Assembly: GCA_043798995.1 (NCBI GenBank) | Contig: JAZDOD010000010.1 | Span: 845-64,844, forward strand | From: a bacterium | GTDB taxonomy: Bacteria; Patescibacteriota; Patescibacteriia; JAACEG01; JAGUWE01 | Reading direction: 5' to 3' | Length of the DNA: 64,000 nucleotides | Part shown: positions 9,855 to 18,739 of the stretch, one piece after another | How positions within the stretch are numbered: position 1 is the stretch's first letter | How the letters are laid out: the number at the start of each line of letters is the position of its first letter | The notes under the pieces: generated by a model | Database searches by the model: none | Seen by the model: only the letters and a program-made list of their open reading frames with translations | What the model was told of the DNA's origin: nothing | Program-made: the position numbers and the translations under genes

Positions 9855-10700
9855 ATGATTGATTTAAAAAAGAAAATTAAATTACTAAAAGAATATTTTT
9901 TTCGGCGGTCAGAGGTTTTGATGGCGTTTGTTTTTGGCTCTCAGGCAAAAAAGAAGGCTGGTAAAATTTCTGATTGGGATATTGCCATTTATTTTCAACC
10001 GTGCTCAAAAGAGATAGAGTGGGAAAGCAACCGCCGTTATCCTCAAGAAGAAAAAATTTGGCTTGATTTAGTTGAACTGCTGGAAACTGATCAAGTTGAT
10101 TTAGTTGTTCTCAACCGAGCTTCAGCCAGCGTGGCAGCTTCAGCTCTTCAAGGCCTACCTTTAATAATCAAAGACCGTCAGCTTTTTCTTGAATTTATGT
10201 TAATTGTTAGTCGGGAAGCCGAAGATTATCGCCAAACTGCCAAAGAATACGCCGAGATTTACTGGCGCTCCTCTTCACTAAGTGAAGAAGATAAATACAT
10301 CCTTAATCGACGAGTTATTTTTCTTGATTCAGAATTAAAAGATGCAGCTAAATTCCGCGAGCTTAATCAGTTAGAATATGAAAAAGATAGCACCAAAAGA
10401 AGGGAAGTGGAGCGTTGGATTGAAAACTTGATCAATGCGGCCATTGATATTACAAAAATTATTTTAGCCAGCCAGAAGCGACCGATTCCCTCGACTTACA
10501 AAGAAGTTCTTCGAGCACTTGAAATTTTACCCAATTGTCCAAAAAATTTAGGAGAACAACTGGCTGTTTGGGCGGAACTGCGTAATATTCTGGCTCACGA
10601 GTATTTAGACATTCGCTGGCGGCGGATTGAAGATTTTATTAAAAAAAGCGAATCTTATTTTCAAAATTTAATCAAAATGGTCAAAGAAAATTTTCTTTAA
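9855..10700 (+). CDS. Single-chain fusion of a MntA-like nucleotidyltransferase (N-terminal) and a HepT/DUF86-like HEPN RNase domain (C-terminal); toxin-antitoxin-like
   Basis: N-terminal 'FVFGSQAKKKAGKISDWDIAIYF' matches the Pol-beta NTase G[SG]x(9-13)DxD motif. C-terminal 'LRNILAHEY' matches the HEPN/HepT Rx4HxY motif. 281 aa is about MntA plus HepT. The gene has its own TATAAT upstream at about 9811. Confidence 0.6.
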   Translation: MIDLKKKIKLLKEYFFRRSEVLMAFVFGSQAKKKAGKISDWDIAIYFQPCSKEIEWESNRRYPQEEKIWLDLVELLETDQVDLVVLNRASASVAASALQGLPLIIKDRQLFLEFMLIVSREAEDYRQTAKEYAEIYWRSSSLSEEDKYILNRRVIFLDSELKDAAKFRELNQLEYEKDSTKRREVERWIENLINAAIDITKIILASQKRPIPSTYKEVLRALEILPNCPKNLGEQLAVWAELRNILAHEYLDIRWRRIEDFIKKSESYFQNLIKMVKENFL

Positions 10701-10721
10701 ATTAGAAATTAATAATTACAT

Positions 10722-12131
10722 ATGCCTGCAGATGATATTAATCTTTTACCCCCAGACCTAAGGGGCAAAGAAGAAAAAATTAGGAAGAGGGCGCCTCGGA
10801 AAGTTTGGGAAATAAGAATGACCTCACCGCAACCCAAGCAATCGAAATTAAAAGAGGCATCGAAAACTTCGTGGTGGGAGGAAATGAAAAAGTTTTTAAC
10901 TCAACCCTTAGGCAAGAAAGCCCGACCAATGCCCTTAGGCAGTATGGCACCTCTTAAAATGCCAGTTTTTGAATATGAGAAGAAAGTTTTGGCTAAGCCG
11001 GCAGAAAAGCCAAAACTAATTGAAATAAAAACTTTGCCGTCGAAGGCAGAGCCGGCCAAAAAAGTATCATTTTGGTCCAGGGTTTTTAAAACCAAGAAGC
11101 ACGAACTAAAAATAGAAGCAAGGATGATTTCAACCAGGGATCTTCCTTCGCAAAAAAAAGAAATTTCGCCGTCAGTCAAAAAGGAAGCTGTCAAAGAAAT
11201 TGCCGCTTGGTCTAAGGTAACTGAACCGGAAAAAATTCAGCTCAAGCCAGCCCCCAAAATGTCATTTTGGTCGAAAATTTTCAAGAAAAAAGAAAGAAAA
11301 ATCACGCCATCGGTTCCATCGCCCCAAAAACCAGCCAAAGTTTCCTTTTTTGAAAAAATATTTGGGCCAAAAATCAAACCGGCTCGCAAGGAAACCCCTT
11401 TAGCGCCAGTACTTCATAAAAAAACATCTTTTTTTCAAAAGTTTTTTTCAGCCAAAGAAGAGCCGACTAAACCGGCCAAATCCTTTAAAACGCCGCCGCT
11501 GTCAGCTGGGGGAAAGAAAAAAGAAAAAGCGCCTCTTAAACCCAAGAAATTCAAAAGCCCGTCAATTTCTTTTATTCCCGAAAACGAGGTTTCGGCTAAG
11601 CTTAAGTTTTTTAAGAAAATATTCCTGGGCGAAATTGTTGTTCTTCTTTTTTGTTTTTTACTTGGCTTTAGTTATTTAATACTTCTTTGGTATCATGCCA
11701 ATTTAATGACTAAATCAAGCAATTTGGAAATAAAAATCAGCGAGTTAAAAGAAAAAATTGCGCGCAATCAAAAAGAGGAGGAGATGATGCTTATAGATCA
11801 GAAACGAATTAAAGCCGCTCAAGTGCTTTTGGATCAGCATATATATTGGTCTAACTTATTTGATTTGCTTGGAAGATACACCGTTGATGATGTTTATTAT
11901 AAAGATTTTGCTGTCAGTGATTTTGAAAAGATAACTTTGCAGGCCGTAGGCGCTGATTTCAGATCAATGGCCCGCCAACTTTTAGTTTTCAGCCAGGCTA
12001 AAGATTATATTAAGGATGTTAAAATCAGCAGCGGGAGTTACTCAATCACGGGAGTTAGTTTTACAATTAATTTGACAGTTGACAAAGCTTTATTTTACAA
12101 ACTTAGCTACGATAACAACAGCCTAAAATAA
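10722..12131 (+). CDS. pilN: PilN-like type IV pilus assembly protein with an expanded lysine-rich repetitive cytoplasmic linker
   Basis: N-terminal 'DDINLLPPDLRG' resembles the PilN INLLP signature. A single TM 'IVVLLFCFLLGFSYLILLW' follows about 300 aa of K/P-rich sequence that contains 5 copies of a K-x-SF(W/F)-x-K-I/F-F-K motif. A periplasmic ~150 aa domain follows. It is positioned immediately upstream of the pilO-like gene and pilB. Confidence 0.55.
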   Translation: MPADDINLLPPDLRGKEEKIRKRAPRKVWEIRMTSPQPKQSKLKEASKTSWWEEMKKFLTQPLGKKARPMPLGSMAPLKMPVFEYEKKVLAKPAEKPKLIEIKTLPSKAEPAKKVSFWSRVFKTKKHELKIEARMISTRDLPSQKKEISPSVKKEAVKEIAAWSKVTEPEKIQLKPAPKMSFWSKIFKKKERKITPSVPSPQKPAKVSFFEKIFGPKIKPARKETPLAPVLHKKTSFFQKFFSAKEEPTKPAKSFKTPPLSAGGKKKEKAPLKPKKFKSPSISFIPENEVSAKLKFFKKIFLGEIVVLLFCFLLGFSYLILLWYHANLMTKSSNLEIKISELKEKIARNQKEEEMMLIDQKRIKAAQVLLDQHIYWSNLFDLLGRYTVDDVYYKDFAVSDFEKITLQAVGADFRSMARQLLVFSQAKDYIKDVKISSGSYSITGVSFTINLTVDKALFYKLSYDNNSLK

Positions 12132-12136
12132 AAATT

Positions 12137-12802
12137 ATGCTTCTTAATAAAGAAAATTTTAAAGTAATTATTGTTAGAAATTTAATTAAATATTTTTATC
12201 TAATCATTTTTTTAATTATCGTAATTATCGGTTTGATTGGTTATTACTATCTTTTCCTGCCGAAAATTGAACAAATCAGAGAATTGCAAGATGTTGATTT
12301 TTCAGCTAAACAAACAGATTTTTCTAAAAAAAGCGAGCATTTAAAAAAAGTTGAAGCACTGCAAAAGAATTATCAAACAATCAATGCAGATGATTTAGAA
12401 AAAATCAAACAAGTTATTCCCGAGGGGCCAGATTTGTCGGGGCTTTTTGTTCAGCTTCAAAGTTTAGGGCGGGAGTTTGATCTTCAACTTATTTCAGTGG
12501 CAGTAACAGAAGAAAAAAGTAATCAGGGCAAAGGAACGGTTAAGGAAGGCATTAGTTTTAATTTGCCAGGCCAAGAGGCTCCGTCGCAAGCCCTTTCCGG
12601 ACTTAATAATGTTAAAAAATTAAATATCAACCTTCAGTACCAAGGTCTTGGCAATTACGCTTCTTTTAAGAGTTTTCTTCTTGGTTTTGAAAATCATATT
12701 AGATTATTTGATATAAATAATCTAAGTTTTACCTTGGCTAAAACTGGTGAAAAAAGCGGTATGATTAATCTTAATTTTACTACTTATTATTTAGAGATAT
12801 AA
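12137..12802 (+). CDS. pilO: PilO-like pilus biogenesis protein (N-terminal TM + coiled coil)
   Basis: The topology (TM 'LIIFLIIVIIGLIGYYYLF', then coiled coil) and its position between the pilN-like gene and pilB support the call. Sequence similarity alone is weak. Confidence 0.45.
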   Translation: MLLNKENFKVIIVRNLIKYFYLIIFLIIVIIGLIGYYYLFLPKIEQIRELQDVDFSAKQTDFSKKSEHLKKVEALQKNYQTINADDLEKIKQVIPEGPDLSGLFVQLQSLGREFDLQLISVAVTEEKSNQGKGTVKEGISFNLPGQEAPSQALSGLNNVKKLNINLQYQGLGNYASFKSFLLGFENHIRLFDINNLSFTLAKTGEKSGMINLNFTTYYLEI

Positions 12803-12807
12803 ATATT

Positions 12808-13179
12808 ATGTTAATCTTAGAAGAAAAGGATAGAAAAAAGATGGTTTCGTCAATCGTAGTCTTAATCTTAATAATTTTGGGAGTGATGGGGCTTCTCTTT
12901 TTTTGGAGTTTATCTATTAGCGGATTCTCGGTTAGCAGTGTTAAGTCAACAATTTCCCTGCCTCAATTTTTAATCGGCAGCAAAGAAAAAATCATTGAGA
13001 GCACTAATATAGAAACAAGGATTTTTAAAGATTCAAAATTTAAAGCTTTAAGATCCTACGAAGTTCTGCCAATCAGAGAAGGAAGTTTTGGCAAAGCTGA
13101 TCCTTTTGCAGCGCCTTTTTTCTTTTCCCAAGAAGAATTTAGTAACGAAGAAGCGGGTAATAGCGAACCATTTAGATAA
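12808..13179 (+). CDS. Small membrane-anchored protein (pilus-locus accessory, PilP-like position)
   Basis: N-terminal TM 'IVVLILIILGVMGLLFFW'. Called from genomic context only. Confidence 0.35.
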   Translation: MLILEEKDRKKMVSSIVVLILIILGVMGLLFFWSLSISGFSVSSVKSTISLPQFLIGSKEKIIESTNIETRIFKDSKFKALRSYEVLPIREGSFGKADPFAAPFFFSQEEFSNEEAGNSEPFR

Positions 13180-13222
13180 GAAGAAGAGTAAAAAATAATT
13201 TACCGCATTAATTTTTAATAAA

Positions 13223-14980
13223 ATGCCGAAATTAAGCAATTTGCTTTTAGATAAAATAGTTCAAAAGAAATTAGCCAGCGTCGCCGAACTTGAAAAATTA
13301 GTCAAAGAAAGCAAATCTTCCAATGAAGAGATTGAAAATTTGTTAGTCAAAAAAAGAATTGTTGATATTGAAACCCTAACCCAGCTTAAGGGCGAGCTTT
13401 TAGGAGTTCCTTATATTAATTTAAAGGGTACTTCGCTGGATCCGGCGGTGATTAGCTTAATTCCGTCTGAAGTAATGGAAAATCATCAGATTATTGCTTT
13501 TGAACGCGCCGAAGGGGAACTTAAGGTCGGTTTGGTTGAGCCGCAAAATTACCGGGCGATTGAAACAATTGAATTTTTGGCCAAAAAAAATCGTCTGCGC
13601 GTCAAATATTTTATCATTTCTGCCGCCAGCTTTGAGGAAGTTTACAGTAAGTTCAGAACTATTAAAAAAGAGGTGGAAAAGGTCTTAGATATTGCCTCAG
13701 CCAAATATACGCCGGCTAAAGAACGGGAAGGATTGTCCACGTTTAAGGAATTGGAAGTTGTTAAGGGAGCGCCGATTTCAAAAATTGTTGATGTCATTAT
13801 TAACCACGCGGTTGAAGGCAAGGCCTCGGATATTCATATTGAGCCGGGCTCTAAAGAGTCAAGGGTCCGCTATCGTTTGGACGGCATTTTGCATACCTCG
13901 TTAATTTTACCAATTTATTTACATTCAGCCATTATCTCGCGCATCAAAGTTTTGGCTAATTTGAAATTAGATGAAACCCGCATTCCCCAGGACGGGAGAA
14001 TTCGTTTGGTCATCAGCGGAAAACCGATTGATTTTCGTATTTCAACTTTGCCGCTCTTGGATAATGAAAAAGTGGTAATGAGGGTTTTGGATACTTCGGC
14101 CGGCGTGCTTAGCCTTTCAGATTTGGGCTTTAACAAACACCAAGTCGCCATTATTGAAAGAAATGTTGAGAGTTCGCACGGTATGTTTTTAGCGACCGGT
14201 CCGACCGGCTCTGGTAAATCAACCACGCTTTACACCGTGCTTAATATGCTTAATAAAGAAGGCGTTAACATTATTACTTTAGAAGATCCGGTTGAGTATT
14301 ATTTGAAAGGCGTTAATCAATCGCAAGTTAAGCCGGAAGTTGGTTTTACTTTCGCCAGCGGGCTTCGTTCAATTTTGCGCCAGGACCCGGACATTATTAT
14401 GGTCGGTGAAATCAGAGATAGCGAAACGGCCGAGCTGGCGATTCACGCCGCTTTGACCGGCCACATTGTGCTTTCAACTCTTCACACTAACGACGCTACC
14501 GGAGCCATTCCTCGGCTTATTGATATGAAAGTTGAGCCGTTTTTATTGTCTTCAACTTTAAACTTAGTAATTGCCCAAAGATTAATCCGCCGCCTTTGCC
14601 AGCATTGCCAGCAAGAGGTTGAGTTGCCGGCCAATCTTAAAGAGGATGTGTTTAAGGCCTTGGCCGAACTGCCCGACGAATATTTAGACGAAATAAATAT
14701 TAAAGACAAGAGAAATATTCCCGTTGAAAAATTGGTTTTTTATAAAGGCCAAGGTTGCAATCATTGCGGCGAGACCGGTTATAAAGGCCGCTCGGTTATT
14801 GCCGAAGTTTTGCAGGCGACGGATAATTTGAAAAAAATTATCAACGAGGGAAATAAAATTGATGAGGTAATGGCAGAAATTAAAAAACAGCAAATGATCT
14901 CGGTTGTTCAGGACGGCATTATTAAGGCCTTAAAAGGCATTACCAGTTTAGAAGAAGTGATGCGGGTGATGAGAGAATAA
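13223..14980 (+). CDS. pilB: Type IV pilus assembly ATPase PilB (GspE family)
   Basis: GspE N-terminal domain, Walker A 'GPTGSGKSTT', Asp box, His box and the tetracysteine 'CQHC...CNHC' motif are all present in a 585 aa protein. Confidence 0.92.
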   Translation: MPKLSNLLLDKIVQKKLASVAELEKLVKESKSSNEEIENLLVKKRIVDIETLTQLKGELLGVPYINLKGTSLDPAVISLIPSEVMENHQIIAFERAEGELKVGLVEPQNYRAIETIEFLAKKNRLRVKYFIISAASFEEVYSKFRTIKKEVEKVLDIASAKYTPAKEREGLSTFKELEVVKGAPISKIVDVIINHAVEGKASDIHIEPGSKESRVRYRLDGILHTSLILPIYLHSAIISRIKVLANLKLDETRIPQDGRIRLVISGKPIDFRISTLPLLDNEKVVMRVLDTSAGVLSLSDLGFNKHQVAIIERNVESSHGMFLATGPTGSGKSTTLYTVLNMLNKEGVNIITLEDPVEYYLKGVNQSQVKPEVGFTFASGLRSILRQDPDIIMVGEIRDSETAELAIHAALTGHIVLSTLHTNDATGAIPRLIDMKVEPFLLSSTLNLVIAQRLIRRLCQHCQQEVELPANLKEDVFKALAELPDEYLDEINIKDKRNIPVEKLVFYKGQGCNHCGETGYKGRSVIAEVLQATDNLKKIINEGNKIDEVMAEIKKQQMISVVQDGIIKALKGITSLEEVMRVMRE

Positions 14981-14985
14981 TCCCC

Positions 14986-15180
14986 GCTCTAATTGACCTA
15001 ATTGACCTAATTGACCTAATTATTCTAAATAAATTCTCTCCCTACGGGAGATCTCTGTCCCTTCGGGACATCTCCCGAAGGGATGACCAAAGGGAGACAA
15101 ATCCCAATGACCAATAAAATTTTGGGATTTAGAAAATTGGGAATTATTTAGAGCAATTAGACTAATTAGAATAATTAGGA
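14986..15180. repeat. Inverted-repeat-bounded intergenic element: left arm is a 'taattgacc' x3 tandem, right arm is 'aattagactaattagaataattagg', with an internal cluster of short G/C hairpins (tctccc-N3-gggaga, tgtccc-ttc-gggaca)
   Basis: Read directly from the sequence between pilB and the receiver gene. Confidence 0.55.
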
Positions 15181-15198
15181 ATTCTTTATGACAAATTT

Positions 15199-15621
15199 AT
15201 GGTCAACAACAACAAAAAAACAAAAATCCTCCTGATTGAAGATGACGTTTTTTTATCTAATATTTACAGCAAAAAATTTGAAAGCGAGGGCTTTGAAATG
15301 TTGATTGCTTTGGATGGAGAAAAGGGGCTGAAACTGGCTTTAAGCAAAGAGCCGGCTTTGATTTTATTAGATCTTCTTTTGCCGGGCCTAAACGGCTTTG
15401 AAGTTTTAAAAGTTCTTAAAAAAGACGAAATGGCAAAAAAGATTCCGGTCATTCTTTTAACTAATTTAAGCCAAAAAGAAGATATTGAAAAAGGACTAGC
15501 TTTGGGAGCAGACGATTATTTGATTAAGACCCATTTTATGCCTTCGGAAATAGTGGAAAAAGTCAAGAAGTTTTTAAGCAAAACATCTTTTAAATCCGAA
15601 ATCCTAAGCACTAAACTCTAA
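15199..15621 (+). CDS. Single-domain response regulator (CheY-like receiver)
   Basis: 'KILLIEDD...LILLDLLLPGLNGFEVLKVLK...KIPVILLTN...GADDYLIK' carries the conserved receiver Asp and Lys. It sits between pilB and pilC. Confidence 0.85.
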   Translation: MVNNNKKTKILLIEDDVFLSNIYSKKFESEGFEMLIALDGEKGLKLALSKEPALILLDLLLPGLNGFEVLKVLKKDEMAKKIPVILLTNLSQKEDIEKGLALGADDYLIKTHFMPSEIVEKVKKFLSKTSFKSEILSTKL

Positions 15622-15729
15622 ACAAATTCTAAACTTTAAATCACAAATTCTAAACGGTTTGGAATTTAAAAAATTGGAATTTTGAATTTGTTTAGGATTT
15701 AGAATTTCGGATTTAGGTATTTTTTTATT

Positions 15730-16941
15730 ATGTCCATTTTTAACTATAAGGCAAAAAACCGCAAAAGCCAGACCATTAAAGGCAAGGTTGAGGCAATGAC
15801 CGAGGAAGTGGCAGCTGATATTTTAAAAGACAAAAATCTTGTTGTTATTAAGATAAGCCGCCAGAAGCGGATTTTTGTTCTTGATAAGATTTCGGAAACA
15901 CTTTTTCATAGGGTTAAAATTAAAGATCAGGTGATTTTTTTTCGTCAGCTCTCTATCCTAATTTCAGCTAATATGCCCTTAGTCCAGTCTCTTCGCATTT
16001 TAGCCAAACAAACTCGCCTTGAGTCCTTTCAAAATATTATTTTAGACATAGCCGATGATGTGGAGGGAGGCAATCGCTTATCCGATTCTTTAGCCAAATA
16101 CCCGCGGGTTTTTAACAATTTCATTATCAATATGATTAGATCCGGCGAGACCTCGGGCAAGCTTGAAGAGGTCTTGATTTATCTGGCTAATCAGCAGGAA
16201 CAGGATTATGATATGATGAGTAAAATTCGCGGGGCAATGATTTATCCGGCTTTTATTTTCGGGATGTTACTTGTGGTTGGGGTGGTGGTGATGACTTTTG
16301 TCATTCCCAAACTGACCGCGATTTTTACCGAATCGGAAACCAAACTGCCAATGGCCACCACGATTTTGATCAATACTAGTAATTTTATCATCAATTTTTG
16401 GTGGCTTTTACTTTTACTTTTTTTTGTGCTTTTGTCATTTTTGCAAATTTATATCAGAACGCCCTTTGGCCGGCGTCAGTGGGATGTTTTTAAGTTAAAA
16501 ATACCGATTATCGGGCTGCTTTTTCAGAGAATTTATTTAGTCCGTTTTACCCGCAGTTTTTCCACCCTGCTGACCGGCGGAGTCGTAATTACCAAGGCCT
16601 TGGAAGTAACCAAAGAAGTGATTGGCAATGTAGTTTACAAGGAATTGATTGGCAAGACCATTAAAGAAGTTGAGGACGGCAACTCCTTAGTTTCAATTTT
16701 TAGACAGAGTCCCTATGTCCCGGCTATGGTTGTTCAGATGATTGCCGTGGGCGAAGAAGCCGGTAAATTAGATTTAGTGTTGACTAAAATCACTGATTTT
16801 TACACCAAAGAAGTGGAGACGCTCGTTAAAAATTTGCTGACCCTGCTTGAACCATTGGTTATTGTTTTAATGGGTTTGGGCGTGGCCGCTCTCGTCGCCG
16901 CCGTTATTTTGCCCATTTACAACTTGGCCTCGCAGTTCTAA
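15730..16941 (+). CDS. pilC: Type IV pilus inner-membrane platform protein PilC (GspF family)
   Basis: Duplicated T2SS-F domains, 3 TM helices, 403 aa. Confidence 0.9.
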   Translation: MSIFNYKAKNRKSQTIKGKVEAMTEEVAADILKDKNLVVIKISRQKRIFVLDKISETLFHRVKIKDQVIFFRQLSILISANMPLVQSLRILAKQTRLESFQNIILDIADDVEGGNRLSDSLAKYPRVFNNFIINMIRSGETSGKLEEVLIYLANQQEQDYDMMSKIRGAMIYPAFIFGMLLVVGVVVMTFVIPKLTAIFTESETKLPMATTILINTSNFIINFWWLLLLLFFVLLSFLQIYIRTPFGRRQWDVFKLKIPIIGLLFQRIYLVRFTRSFSTLLTGGVVITKALEVTKEVIGNVVYKELIGKTIKEVEDGNSLVSIFRQSPYVPAMVVQMIAVGEEAGKLDLVLTKITDFYTKEVETLVKNLLTLLEPLVIVLMGLGVAALVAAVILPIYNLASQF

Positions 16942-16994
16942 AAATTTAAAATTATTTTATTAAATTATTACGAGTTTAGCGAGTTAGCGGGTTT

Positions 16995-17381
16995 ATGAAA
17001 ATAAAAAATTTTGAGGATCTGAATATTTGGAAGTTAAGCTTAAAAATAACCAAGGAGATTTATGACTTAACTTCTAAAAGCGGTTTTTCTCATGACTTTG
17101 CTTTGAGAGATCAGATAAGAAGAGCCATTATTTCTGTTAGTTCTAATATCACGGAAGGATTTGAAAAAAATAACAACAATGAATTCATTCGTTATCTTAA
17201 AATCTCAAAAGGATCAACTGGCGAGGTTAGAAATCAACTTTATATCGCCTTGGCGGTAAATTATATTACTCAACAAGAATTTGAAAAGGTTAATCAAGAA
17301 TTAATATCTTTAGCCAATCAGATCGGGAAGTTTATTAGTTATTTAGAAATAAGAAGAAAATTAACCCGCCAAACCCGTTAA
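16995..17381 (+). CDS. Four-helix-bundle protein (23S rRNA intervening-sequence protein family, TIGR02436-like), copy 1
   Basis: 'DQIRRAIISVSSNITEGFEKNNNNEFIRYLKISKGSTGEVRNQLYIA'. The gene is flanked by inverted repeats at 16972-16994 and 17363-17389. Confidence 0.75.
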   Translation: MKIKNFEDLNIWKLSLKITKEIYDLTSKSGFSHDFALRDQIRRAIISVSSNITEGFEKNNNNEFIRYLKISKGSTGEVRNQLYIALAVNYITQQEFEKVNQELISLANQIGKFISYLEIRRKLTRQTR

Positions 17382-17452
17382 ACTCGCTAAATAGATTAAT
17401 AAAAGGAATAAATTTTAATTTTTTATTTTAATTTTACCTTTCCATTATTTTA

Positions 17453-17461
17453 TGTTATAAT
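17453..17461 (+). promoter_or_regulatory. Extended -10 promoter element 'TGtTATAAT' upstream of pilA
   Basis: The sequence 'tatgTGTTATAATgtgg' lies about 55 bp upstream of a strong RBS 'aggaaggggg' and the pilin start codon. Confidence 0.5.
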
Positions 17462-17517
17462 GTGGATAACTAATTAAAATGAAGAATTAAAATTCTTAAC
17501 AGGAAGGGGGTGAAACA

Positions 17518-18051
17518 ATGTTAAAAAAGAAAAAAGGTTTTACTTTAATTGAATTATTGGTCGTTATCGCTATTATTGGTATTTTATCAACCTTAGCCAT
17601 TATTGCCTTAGGCAATGCCCGCGCCAAAGCCCGAGACGCCAAGCGTCTTTCCGATGTCAAACAGCTTTCTACCGCCTTAGAGATAGCTGAAACAACCAAT
17701 CCCGGAGCTAGTTTAGCCTGTCTCGGCCGTGTTATAACAGACAATGGTGTAGCCACAGATACTTGCACCGATTTAACCGAATCCGCTAATGGCGTAGTTT
17801 TAAACTGGGATAATTTTTATGATCCTTCTTGCTCTCCTACTGCTACCCCTGCTTGTACCACTGTTTGCTCTACTGCTGCTCCAACAACAGCGTGTATGTA
17901 CTCAGTAAATCTTGGTGCAACTGTTGCGATGACCACTGCTAATTACAATATTTGTTTTCGCATGGAACAAACCAGTAGTGTAGGTGGCGCCGGTCTTTAT
18001 AAGATTTCCACCGGTGGCAATATTTCATCGGGTTGTACCGATTTACCGTAA
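17518..18051 (+). CDS. pilA: Type IV major pilin (prepilin with class III signal peptide)
   Basis: 'KKGFTLIELLVVIAIIGILS' is the prepilin cleavage/methylation motif. There is a strong Shine-Dalgarno sequence and a terminator downstream. Confidence 0.9.
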   Translation: MLKKKKGFTLIELLVVIAIIGILSTLAIIALGNARAKARDAKRLSDVKQLSTALEIAETTNPGASLACLGRVITDNGVATDTCTDLTESANGVVLNWDNFYDPSCSPTATPACTTVCSTAAPTTACMYSVNLGATVAMTTANYNICFRMEQTSSVGGAGLYKISTGGNISSGCTDLP

Positions 18052-18132
18052 CATGTTTTTTACTTTGTCGCCTGCCGGCAGGCTGGATTTTACAAAGGGA
18101 AAAAACAAAAAAGCAACCGGATTTAATAAAAC

Positions 18133-18165
18133 AAAAACTTCTCTAAAAGAGAAGTTTTTGTTTTA
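18133..18165 (+). terminator. Rho-independent terminator after pilA
   Basis: 'aaacttctct-aaa-agagaagttt' stem followed by 'ttgtttt'. It is preceded by a second palindrome 'gcctgccggcaggc' at about 18070. Confidence 0.65.
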
Positions 18166-18218
18166 TACGTTTTCGTCATTAAGGGTAATTTGTGATATAA
18201 TTTTAACAAGGGAGGATT

Positions 18219-18374
18219 AAAAATCTCCCTCAATCCCTCTTTTACAAAGAGGGAAACCGTTTTTCTCCCTTTAAAAAAGGGAGAACCAAAGAGGGATTTG
18301 TATATCTTCTCCTTTTGTCAAAAGGGAGAATTTCCGCCCAAGGCGGATCCGCCTCTGGCGGAAAAGAGGGATTT
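18219..18374. repeat. Hairpin-cluster repeat (AAATC-CCC...GGGATTT family), left direct repeat flanking the DUF559 gene
   Basis: About 110 nt of near-identity with 18739-18850. Both copies end 'tttccgcccaaggcggatccgcctctggcggaaaagagggattt'. Confidence 0.75.
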
Positions 18375-18376
18375 TT

Positions 18377-18739
18377 ATGAGACGTTACTATAAATCTCAT
18401 TTAAGAAATATTTCCAGAAAACTTAGAAGTAATATGACCGAAGCAGAAATAAAACTCTGGAATAGAATTAGAAAAAAACAAATTAACAATTTTCAATTTT
18501 ATAGACAAAAACCGTTAGGTAAATACGTGGCGGATTTCTATTGCCCGGTTAAGGAGTTGGTCATTGAAATAGACGGAGGACAACGTTACGACGAAGCCGG
18601 AGAAATCACAAGGGAAGATAAAGAAAAAGAAAATTATCTTAAAAATATTTTAAAATTAAAAGTAATAAGATTCACTAATATTGAGATAACGAAGAATTTA
18701 GACGGTGTGGTAAATAGTTTAATAGAAGAATTAAAGTAA
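18377..18739 (+). CDS. DUF559 endonuclease-domain protein (Vsr-like fold)
   Basis: 'EAEIKLWNRIRKKQINNFQFYRQKPLGKYVADFYCPVKELVIEIDGGQRY...LKVIRFTNIEI' matches the DUF559 signature (W..LR, FrRQ, DFyc, LvIEiDG, lRf.N). Confidence 0.8.
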   Translation: MRRYYKSHLRNISRKLRSNMTEAEIKLWNRIRKKQINNFQFYRQKPLGKYVADFYCPVKELVIEIDGGQRYDEAGEITREDKEKENYLKNILKLKVIRFTNIEITKNLDGVVNSLIEELK

